Of a stretch of 64,000 nucleotides of DNA, positions 50,626 through 61,265 are shown one piece after another. This DNA comes from Felis catus. Its lineage: Eukaryota. Within the stretch, counting starts at the first letter, position 1, and every line of letters starts with the position of its first letter. Where the stretch lies: the NCBI RefSeq assembly GCF_018350175.1, contig NC_058368.1:44828001-44892000 (forward strand). The letters run 5' to 3'. Both the position numbers and the translations under genes were made by a program. The notes beneath the pieces were generated by a model. The model ran no database searches. It saw nothing but the letters and a program-made list of their open reading frames with translations, and was not told the origin of the DNA.

Positions 50626-51406
50626 AGTCTACTCTAAATTGCAGTTTTAATTTTATTTTAATTAGTGTATGCCTATAATTATTGGAAATTTTTCATGCCA
50701 TAGATTGTTTATTTTTACTGTCATTCTTATTTTGTTAAATTAACCTATATTTTCAGTGGATTGTTTAATCATTTCAAAGAATCAACTTTGGTGGGTCTCG
50801 TTAATGCATAATATAGAGTAATGGTAATGGACGTGAGTTTTTTTAGAATTATTTTTATTAATTTTGCTTAGAGATTTTTGGCTTTGCTAAATATGAAAGT
50901 TCTGGAAAAGTATTGCCTATTTTTATTGAAATGGTTTTTCCTCCTTACCTTTGCTTCTCCAATTTTCCCTTAGAGACTATTATCAAGGGCTTTGTATTGA
51001 TCAAATCATTCTCTCCTCCCTATCTGTAGTTTCTTTATATATTCCATTCACTGATTATGTCCCCAATATATTTAATATTTCATTTAAACCTGATATGTAA
51101 AACTTTACAAATATTTCTTATTTACTTCTAGAAGTTCTCTCCATGAGAATTATTTGTATTAAAATTTATAATATTTTTATATCTACCTTTAAATCCATGG
51201 ATACTTATTTGGTATATCTAATATCCTCCTTAACCCTAACTTACTAAAAATTTAAATAACTTTTAATTGTAGAAATTCTACAAATGGGAATCACTCATTT
51301 CACAGAATTTTTAATTAACTCATAAACATTAATTTTTAATCCTAAGTTTTAAATAATGTCATTCTTTTTCTTTGATTATGGCTTCATTTTATTTCTACTG
51401 TTCTGT

Positions 51407-51629
51407 ATTTATTTTTTATGTTTATTCATTTTTGAGAGAGAGACAGACACAGGGTGTGAGTGGGGGAGGGTCAGAGAGAGAGGGAGACGCAGAATTTGAA
51501 GCAGGCTCCTGGCTCTGAGCTGTCAGCACAGAGCCTGATGGGGGGCTCGAACTCACAAACTGTGAGATCATGACCTGAGCTGAAGTCGGCCGCTTAACTG
51601 CTTAACTGACTGAGCCACCCAGGCGCCCC
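51407..51629 (-). mobile_element. Can-SINE
   Basis: TSD tctactgttctgt at 51394-51406 and 51630-51642; internal 8-bp duplication gcttaact. Confidence 0.95.
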
Positions 51630-52001
51630 TCTACTGTTCTGTCTTTATGTAACTTTACCACCTTTAGTTTTAATTATAATTATCCAAAAATAAGTATCTG
51701 TGTTCTACATTTAATAGCAAAATTTTGAGAATTTTAGATATCTTTCTGAGAAAATAATGTTTTATTTTCCTTTCTGAATGTTCTAAATTTGACTGAGGTT
51801 TGAATTATCCAAACAAGTTTTATTTATATGGTTCTTTTACTTTTTGCCTCAGTAAGACCTATATTGCAGCCTCTTATATTCAATGATAGTTATTAGTCCC
51901 TATATAAAGGGGATATTTTAATTCATTTGTGCACTTGGAAGACAGGCTACATGAAATTTGAAACTCAAACACAAACTTATATGAAGAAAATAATTGATGA
52001 A

Positions 52002-52020
52002 CTTTTTCTTTCTTTTCTTT

Positions 52021-52088
<68 letters not shown>

Positions 52089-52264
52089 TTTTCATTTTCT
52101 TTTTCTTTTTGTGAGAGAGAGAGTGCATGGGCAGGAGAGAGGGACAGAGAGAGAATCTCAAGCAGACTCCACACTGAGCATGCAGCTGGATCCCATGACC
52201 CTGGGATTGTGACCTAAGCCAAAACAGAGTGACACTCTCAACTGACTAGGAAACCCAGACACCC
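52002..52264 (-). mobile_element. Older Can-SINE whose A tail became a (GAAA)n microsatellite
   Basis: (TTTC)n at ~52007-52090 joined to the SINE body gagagagaatctcaagcagactccacactgagc. Confidence 0.88.
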
Positions 52265-52504
52265 TAACTTTCATTATTAATATTCTATCATCTAATTGAA
52301 ATTTAAGTGTGTATTCTTGCTAGCTAGAATTTATTTTCTAACTTTATGATGCTACAGAAAACTTTTTTTTTTTATTTTTCCTTTTTTTTTTTCAACTAGG
52401 ATGTTAGAAAAGTTGTCTACTATCAAAAATTCATCTTTCAAGGACAGAATATTTATTAAGAAAGATCTTTATAAATAGACTGCCTTTTTCTTTTTCCAAA
52501 CCAA

Positions 52505-52621
52505 AGTTTTTTATTCTGGATTTTTTTTAACCTATAGTAATTTGTAAGAATAGTACAATAAACACCCATATACTCTTTACCTAGCTTCACCAAATGTTAA
52601 CATTTTGCCATATTTTTCTGC

Positions 52622-52675
<54 letters not shown>

Positions 52676-53300
52676 TTATGCTATAGCTGCTGAATTACTG
52701 GATTATTCAAACCATTATACTTCACCCCTAAATACTTAAGCCTGTGTCTCCAAGAACAAAGGTGTTCTCCTACATAACTACAATGTAATTTTTACACATA
52801 TGAAATTGATAATATTACTAGTATTTACTATGATGCATATTTCCCAAAATATCCAAATAATATGCTTTATAGATTTTAGTTTTAAATTCAGGATCTAATT
52901 AGGGCTTGCACATCATATTTATTTGTAATGTCCTTTTAGTCTCTTTTAACTTATATTAGTTTTCCAGCCATTTTGTCACTCATGACATTTATAACAATAG
53001 TGAAAATTCCAGACTAGTTGTTATGTAGAATTTCCCCAGTTGTGTTAGTCATAGTATATCACCACGATTAAACCTAGCTGAAATCTTTTTTTTTGGCAGG
53101 GACATCATATAGGTGATATTGTACCCTTTTCAGTGCCTCTTATAGGGAGGTTCATTACGTATGTCTCATCATGGATGATGTTGTTTCGTACCTTGTTTAA
53201 GGCAATGTCTGCTAGATTTCTTCATTTTAAATAATTTTTTCCTTTATAATTAGTAAATAATCTGTTGGGTGAGGGATATCTTTGCTTTCAAACATGACAT
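52505..53300 (-). mobile_element. Old L1 (L1MC/ME-like) 3'UTR with embedded (TG)n at 52622-52673
   Basis: aatagtacaataaacacccatatactctttacctag...ttcacccctaaatactt...aagaacaaagg. Confidence 0.7.
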
Positions 53301-54289
53301 TTCACCTATAACTTAACATGTTTAATAGTTAAAGAGTTTTATGTTTTATTTATGAGTGTCATGGAAAGAATGAGACAGAAAAGGAATCTAAAGCGCGCTT
53401 CCAAATGTTGCAAGGGATTTGATGAGGAAAGAAAAAAAAAGCACATAAACTGGAAACAATAAATTGAAAGGAACAAGGTATGGGAGGAAAATTAAAATAC
53501 TTTTTATTATATATTAATTTCCAATTGAATTAGCTACCTAAAGTTTAATTTTAATTTTAAAATAGGGACATTATCAATAACAAAATTTAGAAATACTTAT
53601 TTTTAAACTTACAAGATTTTAACAAATTTACAAGGTTCCTATTATTTGGATATTATCAACTAGTAGAACACTGAGTATCATAGGTCAATTTGGCAGAGGA
53701 GACATTTGTCAATACAGTTCTTCGAGGTGTTTATATTTCACAATATCATTCAATAATAATGTAAAACAAAATATTCATCTGAAGTTGAAGGATTCAGACA
53801 AGCTCAAATTATTTTAAGATAATCATGTCAGTGTAGTTATTGATATATATTTTAAGGTTTGTGAATATTGTAGTAAGCACAAGAATAAAGTATTCTACAG
53901 GTCATAGACACCTGTACTTTATAGATTTTGAATGATTTATGAAATGTGTACCTTTACTTGTTAAAATAAAAATATGAAGTATAGAGGAGATAACATGAAT
54001 ACATTAAAATATATTATTATTTATAATTGATCATATGCATAACAGCTTTTTATAACATGTATATCTTTAAAACATCATCATGATTTAAGAACTGTAGAGG
54101 AATTTTACCTAAAATTTTTCATTAAGATTGCCAAGATATGGATATATGCTTCCTAGGATGGATCCTATGAAAATCAGATAAAAGAGATAAATGAAAGTAG
54201 CATGGCTTTTATAGATTCCATTTATTATGACCTCAGTACATTTGGAGAATGACTTCCTTTAATTTTATATAATTGTTTTCAACAGCACT

Positions 54290-54625
54290 TATAAGGAGAA
54301 AACTCACACAATAGACCTGACCTACTATTTTTGAAAAGGGCTGCTTGTTAAGATTTGACCTTGACTGGTGTCTGAAAATGTACATTTCAAAGGGGTTCCT
54401 ACCATTAACTAATACAAATTGCTCTCTGTACCTAAACTGTCTGTATAAACAATACGGTTTATGCTAAATACTTGCTTTCCTTCTGAGAATCTTGAATTTT
54501 GGTGCATGTCAAGCAGAGGCTGCCTATGTGATCAGTCCCCCCAAAAAACCCAGAAGACTGATTCTCTAATAAATCTCTCTGGTTGGAAACAATTCACATG
54601 CTTTGTCACAACTCATTGGAGAGGA
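54290..54625 (+). mobile_element. MER21-like LTR fragment
   Basis: aaacaatacggtttatgctaaatacttgctttccttctgagaatcttgaattttggt...gcagaggctgcctatgtgatcag. Confidence 0.7.
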
Positions 54626-55429
54626 TTAGGCTTGTTGGGTGTAGATGAAGTTGAAGATACACTGTGACTTTTGTCTGGAAAACAGAACATTGTTAACATT
54701 TCAATTCACCCCAAATTAAGCTATATGTTTATTATAATCATATTCAAAGTCTCAGCAAACTTTTTGTAGAAATGAGAGAACTTATTCTAAAAATTCATAT
54801 GCAAATGCAATGGCCTGGAATAACCAAAAAAATTTTGAAAAAGAACAAAGTAGGAGAAATAATGCTACCAGATTTTAAGACTTCTTACAAAGCTACAGTA
54901 ATCAAAACTGATTGGTACTTGTCGAAATATATACAGAACAATGGAAAAGAATAGAATCCAGAATTAGAACCACTCATAAAAAATAACTAGTTTTTGCAAA
55001 GCCATAAGACAATTTAATTTAAAAAGTATAGTCTTTGAACAAATGGTGCTGATACAGTCAGATATCTATATGCAAAACTTGTATTTTCATTATAACCCAT
55101 ACAATTTATAAAATGTACTCAAAATGTTAATTCAGTGAAGAAACTTCAGCATTTAGCATTACATTTAGCATTACACGTGACTACTATTTGGAGAGGTTAA
55201 GCATGATCTAAGATTGGCATCCTTGTTGGTCAGAACCTGAGTCAAGTTTTGGAATACAGACTTAGATGCCCTCCTAGAGGAACACATTTCTGTTCAAATT
55301 AAGGGCAGTGAGTATGCAGAGGACTTTCTGATAAGATAGAGCAGGTAAGATAAAATGCAAATATGTCCATAAGTCATTCGTTTCTTTATATCTTTGCCCT
55401 TTGGTAATACTCTTCTATACTAGCTCTGA

Positions 55430-55790
55430 GGTTGGCCATGGGAAATACCATGGACAAAGGAAAAGTGTAAAACATAAGGCAAGCAAGTCTTTGAAAGGCA
55501 TTTCATTTGTTGCATTTGAGACCTTTCCACCATCATGTCATTAAGTCTGAGCAAGCCTGTTTCATCAATCTGATGCCCTCTGTTAGGTGGTTATGCTGCT
55601 GACAGTCAACTGAGCACCAATACAGGATTAAGCTTAGTTCCAAAACACTAGAAAAACTTCTCAACCAAGTCCAGCCAAATTGACAAGGCGCAAACTCATA
55701 AACTAAATAAACGGTTGTTGTTTTAATACATTGTATTTGAGGGGAAATTTTGGGGTCAAGCAACTGTTATGCATGAAGTGTTAACTTATA
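55430..55790 (+). mobile_element. MaLR (MLT1H-like) LTR fragment nested in L1
   Basis: aaccaagtccagccaaattgac...ataaacggttgttgttttaa...gttatgca: MLT1 3' end. Confidence 0.55.
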
Positions 55791-56492
55791 AAACACAAAA
55801 TTAAACATGTTATAGGCTAATGAAAAATAAATTACTCAAAATGGATCATAGTCCTAAATGTAAAAAACTAAAACTATAAATATTCTATAAGATAGAAAAT
55901 TTGTGTAACCTTAAGTTAAAGGTTTCTTAGATAAAATATCCAAAGCATAATCCATGAGAAAAAAATTGTTAAATTGGACTTCATAAAAATCACTGCAAGG
56001 GACAATATTAAAGGAACAAAAAGATGAACCACAGACTGGGAAAAAATGTTTGCAAAATCTTACATCTGATAAAGTACTTGTATCCAGAATACATAAATAA
56101 CTCTCAAACTTTATAATAAGAAAAAAATTAATAGGCAAACGATCTAAACAGATATTTCATAAAAGAAGATACATGGATAAAAAATGCTCAACATTATTAA
56201 TGTTCAGGAGAATGGAAGCTAAAAGCCCAATGAAATACCATACTGCATGCATTAGCAGTACTGGTGGCAGTTTGAAATGGTGTATCTATTTTGGAAAACA
56301 GTTTGACAATTTCACCTCTCAAATGACTCAGTCGTTTTACTCCTAAGTATTAACCCAAGAAAAATAAAATAGTTATGTTGATATAGAGCCTTGTACATGA
56401 ACATTTATAGTAGACTTCTTTTGTAATAACCAAACACTGGAAACAACTGAAATGTTCATTAACAAGTGGGAGCAGATGAACAGACTGTATTA

Positions 56493-56948
56493 CAGTACTT
56501 TGCTTTATCTGTGGGGGATGTGCTCCAAGACCTCCAGGGGATTCCTGAAACCATGGATAGTACTTAACCTTAAACAGAATTTACTGTTTGTCTTTATACA
56601 TACATAGCTCTAATAAAATTTAGTGTGTAAATTAGGCACAGTAAAAACAATAACTAATATATAATAGAACAGTTATAATTGTATACTATAATAAAGGATA
56701 TGTGAATGTGGTCCCTCTCTCTCTTAAAATAATTTATTGGGCTGTACTCACCCTTCTTTTCTTTTCATGATGATGGAAGATGATAAAATGCTTCCGTGAT
56801 GAGATGAAGGAGGTGAATGACGTAGGCATTATGACTTAATAGCTTATTATTAAGGCTACAGACCTCTGACAACAAGTCAGGAGGAGGATCATCTGTTTGG
56901 GTAACTGAAACTGTTGAAAACAAAACTGCAAACAAGGGGAGACTATTG
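56493..56948. mobile_element. MER44-like (Tigger7-derived) DNA transposon nested in L1
   Basis: ta|cagtac...ttatctgtgggggatgtgctccaagacc ... aactgcaaacaaggggagactattg|ta: degenerate TIRs with TA TSD. Confidence 0.8.
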
Positions 56949-57265
56949 TATATCTACACTATACAATGGAATACTACTCATTAAAAGGAAAGAACTATAG
57001 ATATATGCAACATCATAGTTAAGTAGGCTGAGTGCAAAATAATTATGCTGAGTGAAAGAAATCAGACAAAAAATAAGCCCTGTGACTCAACTTAATTAGA
57101 ATTCTTAAACATCCAAACTATTGTGACATAAATCAGATCATCAGTATAGGATGGGGCGAGTTGGGGCAACAAGATGGATCAGAAAGCATGTGATGGATAT
57201 ATTCATTACCCTGTTTGTGGTAATGGTTCTATGGGTATATACAGAGATCAAAACATCAAATTGTA

Positions 57266-57268
<3 letters not shown>

Positions 57269-57305
<37 letters not shown>
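57269..57305. repeat. (AT)n microsatellite
   Basis: Directly visible. Confidence 0.95.
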
Positions 57306-57308
<3 letters not shown>

Positions 57309-57348
57309 GTTTCCTATATGCCAATTATTCATCACTAAAGCTTTTAAA

Positions 57349-57566
57349 TTTTTTTTTCAACTTTTATTTTTATTTTGGGGACAGAGAGAGAGAGAGAGCA
57401 TGAACGGGGGAGGGGCAGAGAGAGAGAGGGAGACACAGAATCGGAAGCAGGCTCCAGGCTCTGAGCCATCAGCCCAGAGCCCGATGCGGGGCTCGAACTC
57501 ACAGACCGCGAGATCGTGACCTGGCTGAAGTCGGACGCTTAACCGACTGCGCCACCCAGGCGCCCC
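57349..57566 (-). mobile_element. Very young feline Can-SINE (SINEC_Fc-like)
   Basis: Perfect 15-bp TSD actaaagcttttaaa at 57334-57348 and 57567-57581; many CpGs intact. Confidence 0.96.
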
Positions 57567-59414
57567 ACTAAAGCTTTTAAAAAGAATAATTAAATGCCAA
57601 CAAAGATGTTTAGTACCTATGTATTCTGAGGGCTTTAATTCAAACGTTGCTAACAAAATTACAAAGATAGTATATTGTAATTTAGAGAAATTGAGGGTTA
57701 TGTGTTATTTTTTTCTTGAAGTTTATAATATAGATAACATTATAGTCATGGCAACTTCACATATGCAATTATCATTTAAAATACTTTATCAACATATTGT
57801 TAAAATAATCTCATAAATGTAAACCTAGCATATAAAATGGTTTGTGTGAATAGGTGTGCGTGTGCATGTTAGTATCTTTACCTTGCCAGATTGATACTTG
57901 AAAAGTGATTCAGAGATATTATGTCAGTGTAATGAGCTAAAGGATATGTAAGATATTTGTTTGTAAGACCAAATAGTTCAAATTCAAATATTGAGTCTAG
58001 CATTATACTTCATAATAATTTAGATAAAATTTTAGCAGGTATTTCTCCTTCCTTTCCTAGAAAAATAAAGGCAGAGGTGGGGGAGAGGAAAAACGTGAAT
58101 TTTCACAGGTTGACTATAGATTAATTTTTTCAGGTTACTTATGGTAACTTTGGATGCAAATTTGGAGGATATAAGCATTGTGTGTTTCAAAGAGCTAAAA
58201 TATTCTATTTTTTCCACTTGGAATATATCCAATGAAAAGACCATTTGTAAAAGCCAGAAGGCACAAATGGAATATTAGTGAGTGTTGAGCTTGAATGCAC
58301 ACAAATTGAGCTACCTCGTGCATGATATTTTTCTTCATAGAAAATATATAGATATATACCAAATGGGAAAGTCTACATGTTTTTACTTTAGGTGCCATAG
58401 AAAATCAGTTTAAAAATATCTGATACTTAAATGAAACTTTGGGTACCTAAGGAGCCTATCACTGTAATAAGAGAAAGCCCTGAGAAATTTTCTTAATAAG
58501 GAAATAGTTATAATCTCTTTTGACAAAGGGATAGGAGGGTTGTCTCCAGAAATGATTAACTGAAAGGCTCAACGCATCATCAGAAGATGACCATCTTCTC
58601 AAGCATGTTGTTGTTTCCCTCATAGCTGCCATAGTTTCAAGCTTCAGATTGGACAGAAAAACACCCATCAGAACAGAAACTATTCCTTCGTGCATGTTTC
58701 TCTTCAATCAGTGAAGAAATCTTTACTAAAAGTTCCCCAGAAGTCTTTCTCCAGGTTGCCTTAATAAAAATTGTATCACATGACCATGCTTACCTCAATA
58801 GTTAGCAATATGGTAAAACCCCAATAATTGATTTTGACCCTATATGAACTAGATTGATAGAATTAGAGCCACTCTCCCTTGAGCCAACTTGGGGAATAAG
58901 AATGGAATGCCTTTTGAATAGAATACTTGCAAATGTTTACTACATATATCTATAGTCTCACCTTAAGTAAATGTTAAAGTGACTGAGAATTCCAAATATA
59001 TGTCAGTGGACTTAAGCTGGTTTTCTACAAGAATTTATATTTAAGTTTACACTGCATTGGAACGAAAATATGTAAAATAAAATGGGGAGGAAAAAGTGAA
59101 GATTATAGAAGAATGGAAATTTATGATGCTGTATTTTTAATGGACAAGTGATATCCTATTACCAACTGTGCTGTATAACCATATTTGATCTATAAAATCA
59201 GTTACATTAAAAAAGAATTCATTTTACCAGATACAAAAATTGCCTATAAAGTCCATAAAGTAAATTAAATCTATCAAATCAATTTATCTATCCATCTATA
59301 TCTATCTATCATCTCTATCTTCAGTAGAAAGAGAAGTAATATCATTACCACACTAGAACTGAAACAAAATTAAAAATTAATATTTAATTAATTCATAGAA
59401 ATTCTTAAAAAATA

Positions 59415-60500
59415 AACATTTTTCTTAAAATACTTTCAATTTATAGGAAACTTACAAAAATAGTACAGATTTCTCATATTAAATACCTACCTGTTTTACA
59501 TTGTTATTAACGTTTTACATTAGTATGGTACCTATGTTAAATTAATGAACCAATACTGCTATATTATTATTAACTAGTCCATAATTTACTCTTATTTATT
59601 TTTATTTATTTATGTTTTACCTATTTAATAGCCCCTTCTCTGTTTCAGGATCTCATGCATGATACCATATTTCATTTAGTGTTATGTCTCCTTAGGCTCC
59701 TCTTGGCTGTGATAGTTTCTCAGACTTTCCTTGTTTTTGATAACTGTTTTGAAGAGTTCTGGTTAAGCTTTTTGTAGAATGTGCCTCAACTGGGATTCAT
59801 TTAATTATGATTACACTGGGATATGGATTTGGTCTCATCACATGATATCAAGGGTACATACTGTCAACATGACTTCTCACTATTGATGTTAATTTTGATC
59901 ACTTAGTAGGCGTAGTGGGCACTTTTGGGCAACCAACTGGAGCAATGGAAACCTGAATACAGTAAAAGGGCCCACAGTGACCCTCAGGGCTGAATACAAA
60001 GAGGCCCATCAGACAACCTACCTCAAAATATCCATAAGCCTTCGTTGACCAATGGGTTACTTATACCTGGACAACCGTACCAAAAAAGGAAAAATCCATG
60101 TCTCCATACCTCCTCACCTTCCTCACTTTTCTACAGCCTGTCACCACTGCCTCCTGGCAGACAGTCTCTCCTTTGCTGTCCTGCCCCCTGCTCCCTTGCA
60201 GTGTGCTTCTATCTCCTTTATTCTGCTTAGGTGATTTTTTTCACCACCCGAACTGCTGGTCTCCATCCAATTGAGTCACCCAACAATAGAAGTAGTGTTT
60301 GTCAGGTTTCTCCACTATAAAATTACTCTTGGATCTCCTTTTCTCTATTGTGCTTTCTGGAAGGAGGTCCTTATGAATGGTCACACTTAAAGAATGGGGA
60401 GTTGTGCTCTATTTCCTTGACGGCATATTAATTACATAAATGATGTGGAATTCTACGTGAGAGGTTTGTATATTCTTGGTTATTTATTTACTTACTTAAT
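59415..60500 (-). mobile_element. Old L1 (L1MB-like) 3'UTR, split by an LTR-like insert
   Basis: ttacattagtatggtac...aattaatgaaccaatactg...gtctccttaggctcctcttggctgtga...gatcactt[insert]gtagtgtttgtcaggtttctccac. Confidence 0.85.
59911..60285 (+). mobile_element. Probable solo ERV LTR (~375 bp)
   Basis: Discrete GC-richer insert interrupting collinear L1 sequence; begins (c/t)gtagtggg, ends caaca, contains gaccaat. Confidence 0.6.
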
Positions 60501-61051
60501 AATCTATATCATCAAATTGCTAAGATTTTTTGAGTGTTTCAAAAAAAAGCAGGAGAGTTAAGAGAATGTTGGTTTGTATCATTTTATTATTTTTAATAGG
60601 CTTACATATCTTCTTAACAGCTACCAAAAGCAATTGATTTTTACTGCACTTTATATTTCTGCTACCATCAAATTATTTATTCCTTATTCTAATATGCTCC
60701 AATTACTGGCTCCCTGGTCTCCGTCTCACCTTTCGTCTGGAAGAAAATCTTGGTTTTTCTCTAAAACCTTATAGCAAACCAGTTTTATAAGACAGAATGA
60801 CAAGCTATGCCTAGAATATTCTATAATCTTAGACCTTATTAATCAATAAACAATGTCTTTTCTGTATTCTAGTCATAAGAAAAGCACACTTTATGTTTTT
60901 TAACTAGTAAATATATCTCAGAGTTTAAGTGCTCACTGTTTGAAAAGTCAGGGAAATCTCTACGCAAGAACCCATGAAAGGGTAGTTTTAATAATAAAGG
61001 CCGTCATTTTTTTCTAATTCTAACTACACATCTTTTACTTTAAAAAGTCCA

Positions 61052-61265
61052 GGGGTGCCTGGGTGGTTCGGTCAGTTAAACATCCAACTTTGGCTCAGGT
61101 CATGATCTCACAGTTCAGGAGTTAGAGCCCTGCATCCAGCTCTGTGCTGGCAGCTCAGAGCCTGGAGCCTGCTTCGGATTCTGTGTCTCCCTCTCTTTCT
61201 GCCCCTCCCCTGCTCATGCTTTGTCTCTCTCAAAAATAAACATAAAAAAAAGTAATAAATAATTA
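61052..61265 (+). mobile_element. Can-SINE
   Basis: ggggtgcctgggtgg head; TSD-like taaaaagtcca/taaatagtcca. Confidence 0.93.

Larger units (their letters stand above)
54690..57345 (+). mobile_element. Old L1 (L1MC-like) 3' ORF2 and 3'UTR with nested insertions
   Basis: ORF 54772 ELILKIHM...KKNKVGEIMLPDFKTSYKATVIKTDWY is L1 ORF2 C-terminal sequence; downstream segments are collinear through the 3'UTR. Confidence 0.88.
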
